Source: an uncultured Desulfospira sp. (lineage in GTDB: Bacteria > Desulfobacterota > Desulfobacteria > Desulfobacterales > Desulfobacteraceae). Taken from it: a DNA stretch of 64,000 nucleotides. Below the pieces are notes generated by a model. It ran no database searches and was not told the origin of the DNA. It saw only the letters and a list, made by a program, of their open reading frames with translations. Position 1 is the first letter of the stretch, and each line of letters starts with the position of its first letter. The stretch is from assembly GCA_963663165.1 (NCBI GenBank), contig OY760175.1, positions 5,216,001 to 5,280,000 on the forward strand, in the 5' to 3' direction. The position numbers and the translations under genes are program-made. Shown piece after piece: positions 10,470-20,552 of the stretch.

Positions 10470-10561
10470 AGGTAATTAGGCTGAAGGTTTTTAGACTGAA
10501 GGCTGAAGATAATTGGGTTGGGATTCACATCTTTTAGCCTAAACCCCTTCAGCCTAAATCC
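10470..10561 (+). repeat. GGCTGAA-family inverted repeat element, copy 1
   Basis: aggtaattaggctgaagg...cttcagcctaaatcc; same ends as 13930-14010 in opposite orientation. Confidence 0.75.
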
Positions 10562-10594
10562 CTAAGCCCCTAAACTGCTAACGGAGGTTAACAT

Positions 10595-12043
10595 ATGAAA
10601 CCGGTAGTGGCCCTTCTTGGCCGGCCCAATGTGGGGAAATCCACGTTGTTTAACCGAATTGTCAAGTCCCGCCAGGCCATTGTGGACGACATGCCCGGGG
10701 TGACCCGGGACCGTCATTACGGGGATGCGGTCTGGGAGGACAAGGCCTTTACCCTGATTGACACCGGCGGGTTTTTAAGCGCGGATGACGATTATTTTGC
10801 CTCCCAGATCAAGGAGCAGCTTACGGCCGCCGTGGACCAGGCCGATGCCCTGGTATTGATCCTGGACGGCCGGGCCGGCCTGTCTCCCTTTGACCGGGAC
10901 CTTTCCGATATGCTCAGAAAGACCGAGAAACCCGTGTTTTACCTGATCAACAAGATTGAAAGTCTAAGGCAGGAAGGTGAGCTCGGGGACTTTTACACCC
11001 TGGGCATTGACCGGTTTTACCTGGTGTCTGCCGAACATGGTTTAGGGGTGGGCGATTTTCTGGACGACCTGGTCAAAGATTTTCCGGAAAGTGAAGAAGA
11101 AAAAGAGGAAAACCTGCCCATCCGGGTGGCCATTGTAGGCCGCCCCAATGTGGGCAAGTCCTCTCTGGCCAACCGGCTGTTCGGGGAAAACCGGGTGGTG
11201 GTCAATGAAAAGGCCGGCACCACAAGGGACGCCATTGAACTGAGCGTGGTCTACAACGATAAAGAATTTACCCTGGTGGATACGGCCGGGATCAGAAGAA
11301 AGGGAAAGGTCACCCAGAAGCTTGAAAAATTTTCCATCCTCAAATCTTTAAAGTCCATGGACGACTGTGATGTGGCCCTGATCCTCATTGACTGTGAAGA
11401 GGGGATCACAGACCAGGATATCACCATTGCCGGGTATGCGGAAAAAAGAGGGTGCGGGGCCGTGTTTGTACTGAACAAATGGGATCTGGTGGACAAAACC
11501 CAGACCAGTGAGAAACAGTTCTTAGATGACTTGCGGTACAAGGCCAAATTTTTATCCTATGCCCCGGCCGTTACCGTGTCGGCCCTTACCGGCCAGCGGT
11601 GCCACAGGATATTGGGCATGGCCGCCAAGGTTTATGAGGAATACGGCCACCGGGTCAACACCGGGACCGTGAACCGGATCATTGAAGATGCGGTCTACAG
11701 AGAGGAGCCCTCCCTTCACAAAGGGCGCAGGATCAGGTTTTTTTATGCCACCCAGGTGGCGGTGAAGCCGCCTTGTTTTGTCTGTTTTGTGAACTATCCC
11801 AAGGCGGTCCATTTTTCATACCACCGGTATCTGATGAACCAGCTGCGGCAGATGATCCCTTTAAAACTGACGCCCATCCGGCTTTACTTCAGGGAAAAGA
11901 CCGGAAAAATTGATTTTTCCGCCAAAACAAAAGAATCTGAGCGGATTAAAGAAAAGAAAAGCAGGATTACGGCCAAACGCCAGAAACAGCGAAAAGACCA
12001 GAGCCGGAAAAAAAGGGCACGGGATCAGGGTAAAGGGGTTTAA
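10595..12043 (+). CDS. der: Ribosome biogenesis GTPase Der
   Basis: Two GRPNVGKS P-loops, GVTRD and GTTRD, DTGG and DTAG, KH-like C-terminus. Confidence 0.96.
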   Translation: MKPVVALLGRPNVGKSTLFNRIVKSRQAIVDDMPGVTRDRHYGDAVWEDKAFTLIDTGGFLSADDDYFASQIKEQLTAAVDQADALVLILDGRAGLSPFDRDLSDMLRKTEKPVFYLINKIESLRQEGELGDFYTLGIDRFYLVSAEHGLGVGDFLDDLVKDFPESEEEKEENLPIRVAIVGRPNVGKSSLANRLFGENRVVVNEKAGTTRDAIELSVVYNDKEFTLVDTAGIRRKGKVTQKLEKFSILKSLKSMDDCDVALILIDCEEGITDQDITIAGYAEKRGCGAVFVLNKWDLVDKTQTSEKQFLDDLRYKAKFLSYAPAVTVSALTGQRCHRILGMAAKVYEEYGHRVNTGTVNRIIEDAVYREEPSLHKGRRIRFFYATQVAVKPPCFVCFVNYPKAVHFSYHRYLMNQLRQMIPLKLTPIRLYFREKTGKIDFSAKTKESERIKEKKSRITAKRQKQRKDQSRKKRARDQGKGV

Positions 12044-13368
12044 TGGACCTGTTTGAATCAAATGCACAGGAAGACCTGGCCGGCACCGCCCCTTTGGCGG
12101 ACCGGATGCGGCCTTTGGTTCTTTCCGAGCTGGTGGGGCAGGATCATATCACCCGGGAGGGCAGTCTTCTGGCCCAGGCCATTGCCCACGACCGGGTGTT
12201 TTCCATGATTCTGTGGGGACCGCCCGGATGTGGGAAAACCACACTGGCCGGGATTATTGCCAACCAGACCCGGTGTGAGTTTGTCCGGATTTCTGCCGTG
12301 CTGGCCGGGGTAAAGGATGTCCGGCAGGTGATTGACCGGGCAAAGGAGCTTCGAAGGCTTTACAAACAACGGACCCTGCTGTTCGTGGATGAGATCCACC
12401 GGTTTAACAAGGCCCAGCAGGACGCCTTTCTTCACCATGTGGAAACCGGTCTGATCACCCTGGTGGGGGCCACCACGGAAAACCCGTCTTTTGCCGTGAT
12501 CCCGGCGTTGGTGTCCCGGTGCCGGGTGTTTGCCCTCAAAAGCCTTGAACCCGGCCATATTGTCCGGATTCTGACCCGGGCGGCAACAGGCAAAAAAAAG
12601 GGCCTGGGTCTTTTACCTGATGTGTTTTCACCGGAAGCCCTGTCCCATATTGCCCGGGTGTCGGACGGGGATGCCCGGACCGCTCTCACCAACCTTGAAA
12701 CGGCGGCCCTTTATTTTAGAGACAAAGAAACCATCACCGTTCAGGATGTTGAAACGGCAGTGGAAAAAAAGTCGTTGCTTTACGACAAGGCCGGAGAAGA
12801 GCATTTTAACCTGATTTCCGCCTTTATCAAGAGCATGCGGGGCTCTGACCCGGACGCGGCCATGTACTGGATGGAACGGATGCTGGCCGCAGGGGACGAC
12901 CCCTGTTACCTGATCCGGCGCATGATCCGGTTTGCCACAGAAGACATTGGCATGGCCGATCCCGGGGCCCTGACCATGGCCCTTAATGCCGGTGAATCTT
13001 TTAGAATTTTAGGAAGGCCCGAAGGGGACGGCTCTCTGTTCCAGGCGGCGGTTTATCTTGCCACAGCCCCCAAAAGCAACTCCGTGTATGCGGCCCAGAA
13101 ACAGGTTAAGCAGACCATTCAGGAAACCGGTTATGCACCGGTCCCCCTCCATATCCGGAATGCGCCCACAAAGCTGATGAAAGAGATGAACTACGGCAAG
13201 GGATATAAATACGCCCATGACTACAAAGGCGGATTTGTTCCCCAGTCCTATCTTCCGGAAACGCTTTCCGGCAGCAGGTTTTACTTTCCCACGGACCGGG
13301 GATACGAGGCCACGGTCAAACAGCGGCTGGAAGCCTGGTTAAAGCTCAAGAATCAGAACCCGGTTTGA
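12043..13368 (+). CDS. rarA: Replication-associated recombination protein A
   Basis: APLADRMRP, GPPGCGKTT, DEIHRFNKAQQD, SAFIKSMRGSD, HIRNAPT. Confidence 0.95.
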   Translation: MDLFESNAQEDLAGTAPLADRMRPLVLSELVGQDHITREGSLLAQAIAHDRVFSMILWGPPGCGKTTLAGIIANQTRCEFVRISAVLAGVKDVRQVIDRAKELRRLYKQRTLLFVDEIHRFNKAQQDAFLHHVETGLITLVGATTENPSFAVIPALVSRCRVFALKSLEPGHIVRILTRAATGKKKGLGLLPDVFSPEALSHIARVSDGDARTALTNLETAALYFRDKETITVQDVETAVEKKSLLYDKAGEEHFNLISAFIKSMRGSDPDAAMYWMERMLAAGDDPCYLIRRMIRFATEDIGMADPGALTMALNAGESFRILGRPEGDGSLFQAAVYLATAPKSNSVYAAQKQVKQTIQETGYAPVPLHIRNAPTKLMKEMNYGKGYKYAHDYKGGFVPQSYLPETLSGSRFYFPTDRGYEATVKQRLEAWLKLKNQNPV

Positions 13369-13376
13369 TCCAAGCC

Positions 13377-13769
13377 TTATTTTGTAAGCCACTCAACCGC
13401 TTCTTTCCGGCTGTCGAAAAATTTTATATTTTCCGGAGAATCACTGGCCCAGTATTCGTAAAACAATGTGACTGTTCTTGAATTTCCTTTAGATGTAATC
13501 GCTGCAGTTTTTTTTGACTCAATTCCATGGCGTTTATAGTATGCGCTTATTCATAGGGCCAACCCGATTATCCCCGAACTGGTGATTTCTGAAAAATCTG
13601 CCATGGTAAGATCTGCCAGTTCGGGAAATTCGGGAGTCCAAAGAGGGCTCTTTTCAAAGGCCGCGTAAAAAACCTCATACAAAGGAACCAGTTCATCATC
13701 ATATATTTTGCCTTTCCAATGGGTGATGAAATATTTACCACTCTCATGGATCATGATATTAATCGGCAT
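13377..13769 (-). pseudogene. SpoIIAA/STAS-like protein with an in-frame TGA
   Basis: The frame stays open after TGA (13551-13553) to ...FFDSRKEAVEWLTK*, the family's typical F..EA..WL ending. Confidence 0.7.
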
Positions 13770-13929
13770 TATTGGCCTCCGCTCGGCATCATAAAATCAG
13801 TATATCGTCCACGCATCCATAATATACTTAATAATTGTTTGAAAAATAATCAACTCGTTTAAAGGTTGAATGCAAGGTAACCCAAGGTAACCGCGTTTGA
13901 AATAATATATTTATTCTCCAATTATGTAA

Positions 13930-14010
13930 GGATTTAGGCTGAAGACTGAAGGCTGAAGGGGTTTAGGGTTGCGTATCCCTTCAGCCTAACCACCTTCAGT
14001 CTAATTACCT
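13930..14010 (-). repeat. GGCTGAA-family inverted repeat element, copy 2
   Basis: ggatttaggctgaag...ccttcagtctaattacct. Confidence 0.75.
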
Positions 14011-14110
14011 TTTCTACATATTAACTTTACAACCGATATCAGAAGATCATACCGGATTATAACCGCTGGGCCGCTTGAACATTAGTTAAAAACAGTGTAA
14101 TCCGGTTGGC

Positions 14111-14668
14111 ATGCAACAGAAAAACCATATTGTCCCCTGGCAAAACGCCTCTGAATGGAATGAGATCGGCCTGTTTTTCAGGCGGGTTGATCGGGCTCAT
14201 CAGGGGGACTTTAACCGGGTCAGAAAAACAGTTAAGACAATTTTTACCCTTTATGAAAGTCTTTCCGGCCCCATGGATGAGCTGTGCGCGCTTACCTGCC
14301 CGGACTGCCGGGACAGCTGCTGTAAACGGGCAACAGTCTGGTATGATTTTAAAGACCTTGTTTTTTTCTTTTATGCCTTTGGCCGGATGCCTGAAAGCCA
14401 GGTATGCAAGATCCCTCTGGAAAATCAGGGGACCGGCTGTTGCCATCTGGCCTGCCGGGGGTGCCGGCTTTTGCGGCAGCAGCGGCCCTTTATCTGCTCC
14501 TGGTACATTTGTGCTGCACAATCTCGCCTCATCCAGGCCCATCCTTTGGAATACCGGCAGGTTCCGGAAATTGTGGCGCAAATAAAAACCTTTAGAAACA
14601 GTATGGAATCAGAATTCTGCCGTGTATCCGCCCTGGCCCCTGTTCACCGCACCACGGCTGTGGTATAA
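14111..14668 (+). CDS. Cys-rich putative Fe/Zn-cluster protein (YkgJ-like)
   Basis: CPDCxxxCC ... C.HL..GC.L...RPFIC..Y.C. Confidence 0.65.
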   Translation: MQQKNHIVPWQNASEWNEIGLFFRRVDRAHQGDFNRVRKTVKTIFTLYESLSGPMDELCALTCPDCRDSCCKRATVWYDFKDLVFFFYAFGRMPESQVCKIPLENQGTGCCHLACRGCRLLRQQRPFICSWYICAAQSRLIQAHPLEYRQVPEIVAQIKTFRNSMESEFCRVSALAPVHRTTAVV

Positions 14669-14766
14669 CAGCCATACCCTAAAGGGCGTAACCCGGGCTG
14701 ATTTGGAGGGATGACCTTGAGGGACTGCCCGCAATAAACCATGATAAATTTAAGGATGCCGGAAAA

Positions 14767-15069
14767 ATGGCGTTAAAAGGATCACAGAAACGATATTTAA
14801 GGGGGCTTGCCCACAAGCTGAACCCTGCTGCTTTTGTGGGGCAGCACGGGGTTACCCCATCGGTGATGGAAGAAATTGACAAAGCCCTTGATGCTGCAGA
14901 ACTCATTAAGGTCAAGTTCGTGGATCACAAGGACAAAGAAATCAAAACCGCTCTGGTGGATGAAATCTGCAAGCGCTCAGGGGCAACCCTTGCCGGGATG
15001 GTGGGCCATGTGGCCATCTTGTTCAGGCAGAACCCTGATCCTGAAAAGCGAAAAATTAAGATCCCTTAA
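14767..15069 (+). CDS. yhbY: CRM-domain RNA-binding protein YhbY
   Basis: QKRYLRGLAHKLNP, VG..GVT, ELIKVK. Confidence 0.92.
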   Translation: MALKGSQKRYLRGLAHKLNPAAFVGQHGVTPSVMEEIDKALDAAELIKVKFVDHKDKEIKTALVDEICKRSGATLAGMVGHVAILFRQNPDPEKRKIKIP

Positions 15070-15105
15070 GATCCTGTGCCGGCTGCTTAAAAAAAGTGTT
15101 TGCCC

Positions 15106-15984
15106 ATGCCTGAAGTTTGTATTCAGTCCCTTAAAGGAAATCCCATGCGCCTGGACGGCGGCGCCATGTTCGGAAATGCCCCCAAAGATCTGTGGGGCAG
15201 ATGGATGGCGGCCGATGACCGGAACATGATCGACATTGCCTCTAACTGCCTGCTGGTCAGGACCCCTGACGCCTGTCTGTTGTTTGAAACCGGCACCGGG
15301 GCATTTTTATCCCCTGAAATGAAACACCGGTTCGGGGTGGTCGGGGAGGATCATGTTTTGCTGTCTTCGCTAAAAAAAGAGGGGCTTGACCACAAAGACA
15401 TCACCCATGTCATTTTGTCCCACCTTCACTTTGACCACAGCGGCGGCCTTTTAACGGCCTATGATCCGGACCGGAAACCTGCGCTGTTGTTCCCCAATGC
15501 CCGGTATATTGCCGGGCGGGCCAATGTCGAGCGTTCGGGGTCGCCCCACATCAGAGACCGGGCCTCGTTTATTCCGGGGCTTGCTGAACTTCTGGAACAA
15601 AGCGGCCGCCTGGACCTTAAAGAAAATGGGGACCGGCTTGGCCTGGAGGGCGTGGACATTGAGTTCTTTGAAAGCCATGGGCATACCCCGGGAATGCTGG
15701 TTTCATTTATCCGGGCGGCCGGGGTTAACCTGGTGTTTACAGGAGACCTGTCTCCGGGACACCATTGGGTTGACCTGCCCATCACCATGGGGTATGACCG
15801 GTATCCTGAGCTGCTGGTTAATGAAAAACATGAAATGCTGAAGCGCGCCATGGATCTCGATGCCTGGGTGGTGTACCCCCACGGGGAGTATCCGGCATCA
15901 AAACTGGCAGTGGATGAAAAGAAAAAACGGTTTGTCCCGGTGGACCTAACGTCAAAGCTTCACCTGGCTGAGGCTTTATCTTAA
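15106..15984 (+). CDS. MBL-fold metallo-hydrolase
   Basis: LDGGAMFG, HLHFDH, GHTPG, GD, MGYD. Confidence 0.9.
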   Translation: MPEVCIQSLKGNPMRLDGGAMFGNAPKDLWGRWMAADDRNMIDIASNCLLVRTPDACLLFETGTGAFLSPEMKHRFGVVGEDHVLLSSLKKEGLDHKDITHVILSHLHFDHSGGLLTAYDPDRKPALLFPNARYIAGRANVERSGSPHIRDRASFIPGLAELLEQSGRLDLKENGDRLGLEGVDIEFFESHGHTPGMLVSFIRAAGVNLVFTGDLSPGHHWVDLPITMGYDRYPELLVNEKHEMLKRAMDLDAWVVYPHGEYPASKLAVDEKKKRFVPVDLTSKLHLAEALS

Positions 15985-16006
15985 AGAAAATAATAAGGAA
16001 AAATAA

Positions 16007-17074
16007 ATGAAAGTCGGCATTATTGGTTTGCCCCAGACAGGCAAAAAGACATTGTTTCAGATTTTAACGGGGAACGAGATCACGGATCCGGCCAAGGCGT
16101 TTAAACCGGTTCCGGGCGCTGCCGATATTCAGGATTCCCGGTTTGACACCCTGGTCAGCCTGTATGATCCCAAAAAACAGGTCCGGGCCCGCCTGGACCT
16201 GACGCTGCTGCCCAAGATGGAGGCCGAGACCATTGCCCGGGGGGATATTTTCAAAGACATTGCCGACATGGATGCGGTCTGCCATGTGGTCCGGGCCTTT
16301 GAGGACGAGGCGGTCTACCATTCAGAAGGGTCTGTGGATGCCCTGCGGGATTTTGACATGGTGAACTCCGAGCTGATCATGCATGACCAGATTTTTGTGG
16401 AAAAAAGAATCGAGCGGCTCACGGCCATGGTCAAGAAGATCAAGGACGAAACCCAGGTCAAAGAGCTGGACCTCATGAACCGGATGAAAGATCATCTGGA
16501 AGCGGAAAAGCCCCTTCGCCTCATGGCATTGTCCGAAGATGATGAAAAGCTGATCCGAAGCTATCCGTTTATTACCCGCAAAAAGCTGGTCATTGCCGTG
16601 AACGTGTCCGAGGATGATCTGGGCGGGGATATTCTGGACGGATTTAAAGAAAGCTGCCTTGCCCAGGATATTGAGGCCATGGCCATATCGGCCAAGGTCG
16701 AGGCGGAAATCGCCATGCTGGATACAATGGAAGAAAAAAAAGAGTTTCTCGAAGACCTGGGCATTGAAGAAACTGCACTGGAACTGCTCACCCGGCTTTG
16801 CCTGAAAAGCCTGAACCTGATCTCTTTTTTCACCGTGGGCAAAGACGAGGTCAGGCAGTGGCTGGTCAGAAAGGATGCCACGGCGCCCAAGGCAGCCGGC
16901 GTGATTCATTCAGACCTTGAACGGGGGTTTATCCGGGCCGAAGTCTTTAAATATGATGAACTGGCAGCGTTGGGATCCGAAGCCGAACTCAAGAAAAACG
17001 GCAAGTTTTACGTGGAAGGCAAGGATTATCAGGTTCAGGACGGGGATATTCTGAATATCCGGTTTTCGGTGTAG
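16007..17074 (+). CDS. YchF-like protein (DUF933/TGS C-terminus) with degenerate G motifs
   Basis: HVVRAF, LISFFTVG..EVR.W, AAGVIHSDLERGFIRAE, EGKDY.VQDGD; P-loop reads GLPQTGKKT. Confidence 0.85.
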   Translation: MKVGIIGLPQTGKKTLFQILTGNEITDPAKAFKPVPGAADIQDSRFDTLVSLYDPKKQVRARLDLTLLPKMEAETIARGDIFKDIADMDAVCHVVRAFEDEAVYHSEGSVDALRDFDMVNSELIMHDQIFVEKRIERLTAMVKKIKDETQVKELDLMNRMKDHLEAEKPLRLMALSEDDEKLIRSYPFITRKKLVIAVNVSEDDLGGDILDGFKESCLAQDIEAMAISAKVEAEIAMLDTMEEKKEFLEDLGIEETALELLTRLCLKSLNLISFFTVGKDEVRQWLVRKDATAPKAAGVIHSDLERGFIRAEVFKYDELAALGSEAELKKNGKFYVEGKDYQVQDGDILNIRFSV

Positions 17075-17075
17075 C

Positions 17076-17160
17076 GGCTGAAAGGCATTAGCCGTTAGCA
17101 ATCAGCTTTTAGCTGTTAGCTATCTGAACAGCATCGCCTGCTAACAGCTGACAGCTAATA
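17076..17160. repeat. TTAGCTG heptamer inverted array
   Basis: ttagccg-ttagcaa-tcagctt-ttagctg-ttagc ... gctaaca-gctgaca-gctaa between convergent genes. Confidence 0.75.
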
Positions 17161-17164
17161 TAAA

Positions 17165-19069
17165 TTAAACCCTTTCCATCAACCGGTTGATGCTCTGAAT
17201 ATAGTCCATGTTTTTACAGGGCTTGGACACGTGGCCAATGCAGGGGTCTTTTTGGGTAAGATCTTTTATGGATTCCAGAAATTCGATGTTTCCTGAAATA
17301 AAAAGAATGGGAATATTGGGGTCTTTTTTCCGGATATAATGGTAGACATCCATGCCGTTAATCCCGCCGGGCAGGATATAGTCCAGGCTGACAAAATCAT
17401 ATGAGTTTTTGTCAAACAGGTCCATGGCCTTCTGCCCAGTGGCGGCCATGTCCACCCGGTGGTGGCAGGGCGGCCGGGTCAAAATCTGATACTGGATATC
17501 GGATATGGCCGGCTCGTCTTCTACCAGCAGAATATGCCGGTCGGTGAAAAATCCCTGGGTTTCAACCTTTTGGACCTCTGCCGGGGTCAGATCCCGCTCA
17601 ATAACCGGCAGGGCCAGCGTGACCTTTGTCCCTTGTCCGGCTTTGGAAACGATGTTGATCCTGCCCTGATGCTGGTCAATGTATTTTTTCACGTTGGCCA
17701 TTCCGTACCCGGTCCCCTTGATCCCATCCTTATAGGCCTTTGTGCTGTCCCGGCTTCCCTTGAGGGTAAAGGCGGGTTCAAAAATCCGGTCCAGGAACTC
17801 GTCGGGGATACCGCACCCATTATCCTCGACCTCAATCAGGATATCCCCGTTTTCATGATAGGCCCGGATGAGAATGGTGGGGTATTGGGAACGACTGGTG
17901 GCATGGATGGCATTTTGCAGGATGTTTACCAGGGCATGCTCGATCATGCCGGGATCGGCAAACAGGTCCGGTCCGTCCGGGCTTAAATCCCGGATCAGGT
18001 GGATGCCCTCAAGATCCCTTTCCAGCAGTTTCAGGACAAGCTCAATTTTTTCATCAACGGGGAAAAATTCCTGCCGGGGCTCCTGGTCCTTGGCAAAAGC
18101 CACCAGGTTCCGGGTCAGGCTCCGGCCCCTCTGGGTCTGTTCCAATACCAGCTCAAGGGTTTTCTTAAGCCCTGGATCCTGGCAGCTGAGCAGGGACAGC
18201 TCCACATTGCCCATGATGATCCCTAAGATGTTGTTGAAATCATGGGCCATTTTCCCGGCCACCTGGCCCACCAGGGCCAGTTTCCGGGCTTCGGCCACCT
18301 CGGCCAGGGCCTGGATTTTTTCAGCCTGGATTTTTTTCCGGTCACTGATGTCCCGCAGGGCCGTAATCCGTATTTTACGGCCAAAGGCATCAAACATCCG
18401 GCCCTGGATTTCAGCTGGGAAAGTGGTTCCGTCCTTTCGCAGGGCCGTGACCTCGTATGGTTTTTCATAACCGGACAAGATATTGTTCCTTACCGTTTCC
18501 CGGTCTGCCGGCAGGATCCACTCCATCCCGTACCGGCCCACGGCCTCTTCCCGGGTATAGCCGAACATTCTCTGGGCTGTAAGGTTCTGGTCTAAACAAA
18601 TCCCCTGGTCTGAAAGGAAAATGGATTCAAAAGAGGCGTCGGAAAGGGCGGCCAGCCGGTTCTGGCTTTCCTGCAACTGCCGTTGGAACCGGATCCGTTC
18701 GGAAATATCCCGGTTGATACAAAACACCAGTTCCCGCCCGTCCCGAATGGCCTTGTTGGTGCTGACCTCTACATCAAAAACAGACCCGTCTTTTCGCCTG
18801 TGAAGGGTTTCAAACCGGTCTCCGGATTCATCCACGGTTCTGAGCATCTTCAGGATATGCGTCCTGGACCACTTGGCGTCCCAGTCAAAAACCGTCAGGT
18901 TTAAGACCTCTTCAATGGTGTGCCCTATATTCTGGGCAAAGGCGCGGTTGACATTATACACCCGGCCCTGCCGGTCCAGTATCACAATGCCGTCCCGGGA
19001 GCCGTTTAACAAAAGCCGCAACCAGGCGGCTTCCTCCCGAAGGTCTTTTTCAATTTTAGGGATATTCAT
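17165..19069 (-). CDS. Cytoplasmic hybrid histidine kinase (2 PAS-HisKA-HATPase-REC)
   Basis: Two PAS domains, AHDFNN, NILQNA, DNGCG, GTGYG, C-terminal REC. Confidence 0.9.
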   Translation of the reverse strand: MNIPKIEKDLREEAAWLRLLLNGSRDGIVILDRQGRVYNVNRAFAQNIGHTIEEVLNLTVFDWDAKWSRTHILKMLRTVDESGDRFETLHRRKDGSVFDVEVSTNKAIRDGRELVFCINRDISERIRFQRQLQESQNRLAALSDASFESIFLSDQGICLDQNLTAQRMFGYTREEAVGRYGMEWILPADRETVRNNILSGYEKPYEVTALRKDGTTFPAEIQGRMFDAFGRKIRITALRDISDRKKIQAEKIQALAEVAEARKLALVGQVAGKMAHDFNNILGIIMGNVELSLLSCQDPGLKKTLELVLEQTQRGRSLTRNLVAFAKDQEPRQEFFPVDEKIELVLKLLERDLEGIHLIRDLSPDGPDLFADPGMIEHALVNILQNAIHATSRSQYPTILIRAYHENGDILIEVEDNGCGIPDEFLDRIFEPAFTLKGSRDSTKAYKDGIKGTGYGMANVKKYIDQHQGRINIVSKAGQGTKVTLALPVIERDLTPAEVQKVETQGFFTDRHILLVEDEPAISDIQYQILTRPPCHHRVDMAATGQKAMDLFDKNSYDFVSLDYILPGGINGMDVYHYIRKKDPNIPILFISGNIEFLESIKDLTQKDPCIGHVSKPCKNMDYIQSINRLMERV

Positions 19070-19090
19070 AAGTGTTATGGATTTACAGGG

Positions 19091-19495
19091 CTACTCCCCG
19101 GCATTGGCGTGGGCCTGGGAAAGCCGCTGTTTCAGATACGCGATTTCATCTTCGTCGTATTCATAAAGGTCAAAGCAGTAGCCGTCCTCTCCGAGCAGTC
19201 CTTCAGGGATAAGGTCTCCCATTTCATCAGGGTCTGAAATCATTTCTCCGTAAAAACAGACCGACAGCCACCGTTCACTGGGGTCATCATCAATCACATC
19301 CACCATGGCAAACAGGGACCGGGTTTTCTGATCCGCCCGTTTGGGCCTTAGCGAATAGCTGACCTTGGGCCGGGCATTGAAGTCAAGTTCTGTGTCCGCA
19401 AGGGTCTTGAGGTGTTCAAACAGTTCAACAAACGCTTTTCTGGTCTGAGAATCATTATCCTGCCAGGCATCAATAAATTCTTCGATCTCTTTCAT
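19091..19495 (-). CDS. Hypothetical protein
   Basis: Tightly packed operon ORF with an AAGGA RBS. Confidence 0.75.
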   Translation of the reverse strand: MKEIEEFIDAWQDNDSQTRKAFVELFEHLKTLADTELDFNARPKVSYSLRPKRADQKTRSLFAMVDVIDDDPSERWLSVCFYGEMISDPDEMGDLIPEGLLGEDGYCFDLYEYDEDEIAYLKQRLSQAHANAGE

Positions 19496-19500
19496 TGGCT

Positions 19501-20001
19501 TTATTCCTTTATGTGTTTAACAAGGTGTCCGAGTTCCGGGAAGATCAGCTGGCCGCAAGCCAGTTTACAGGCTTTAAGGCTCCCGGGGATAGAAAAAACA
19601 ATGGTGCTATCAATAACTCCTGCCGTTGCCCTTGACATGATGGCGGCAGAGTCTATTTCCTGAAAACTGAGCTGGGCAAATACCGGGCCAAAGGAAGTCA
19701 GCTCTTTATCAAACATGGGGCGGACCGCCTCAATGCTCACGTCCCTTGGGCTGATGCCTGTCCCGCCGGTGAGGATAACGGCATGGGGGTTGATCCGGGT
19801 CACCACATGCTGGACAAGCTCCTGGATGGCGGCAATGTCATCGGTGACGGTCTGGTGAATGACCACCTCGTGTCCTTCTTTTTTGGCCTCTTTTTTGATC
19901 CATGCCCCGCTTTTGTCTTCGGAAAGCTTGGTCCGGGTGGTGGAGGCGGATATAACGGCAATTTTTAAGTTTTTAGGGGTGTCTTTCTTGTGGATCAGCA
20001 T
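19501..20001 (-). CDS. moaB: MoaB/MogA molybdopterin adenylyltransferase family
   Basis: DKSG, TGGTGISPRD, SRATAG, PGS. Confidence 0.88.
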   Translation of the reverse strand: MLIHKKDTPKNLKIAVISASTTRTKLSEDKSGAWIKKEAKKEGHEVVIHQTVTDDIAAIQELVQHVVTRINPHAVILTGGTGISPRDVSIEAVRPMFDKELTSFGPVFAQLSFQEIDSAAIMSRATAGVIDSTIVFSIPGSLKACKLACGQLIFPELGHLVKHIKE

Positions 20002-20006
20002 TTGGG

Positions 20007-20552
20007 TTATTCCCTTTCCCGGGTTTCTTTGAAGACCATATCCTTTTGGTCGTGTTCCTGGACAAAAACCTGAATCATGTCTTCGGGATCGGTATCAATG
20101 AAGATGCCTTTGTAATCCGCCTGGATGGGGACTTCCCGGTGTCCCCGGTCCACCAGAACGGCCAGTTCGATTCTGGCCGGCCGCCCAAAATCCATGAGGG
20201 CTTCCATGGCGGCCCGGATGGTTCTTCCCGTGAACAGGACATCGTCCACCAGGATGATCTGCCGGTCATCCACTGAAAAGGGAATGTCCGAAGGCCGGAC
20301 AATGGGCTGATGGCTGATTTTTGTCCAGTCATCCCGGTACATGTTGATGTCCATGGACCCCACCGGAATACGGGTGCCTTCTATTTCCTGAATCTGGTCG
20401 GCCAGCCGCTTGGCAAGAGAATCTCCCCGGGTCAGAATGCCGACCAGTGCCAGTTGCTGAGTCCCCCTGTGGGTTTCAATGATTTCATAGGCAATCCGGG
20501 TGATGGTCCGCTTGAAATCCTGATCTGTCAGAATGGTTTTGGACTGTTTCAT
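20007..20552 (-). CDS. pyrR: PyrR regulator / uracil phosphoribosyltransferase
   Basis: YRDD, LVDDVLFTGRTIRAA, DRGHRE.PI.ADY.G. Confidence 0.95.
   Translation of the reverse strand: MKQSKTILTDQDFKRTITRIAYEIIETHRGTQQLALVGILTRGDSLAKRLADQIQEIEGTRIPVGSMDINMYRDDWTKISHQPIVRPSDIPFSVDDRQIILVDDVLFTGRTIRAAMEALMDFGRPARIELAVLVDRGHREVPIQADYKGIFIDTDPEDMIQVFVQEHDQKDMVFKETRERE

Noticed and set aside
13873..13892. Tandem CAAGGTAACC duplication
   Set aside because: Only two units with no associated element; a local duplication or excision footprint cannot be distinguished from chance.
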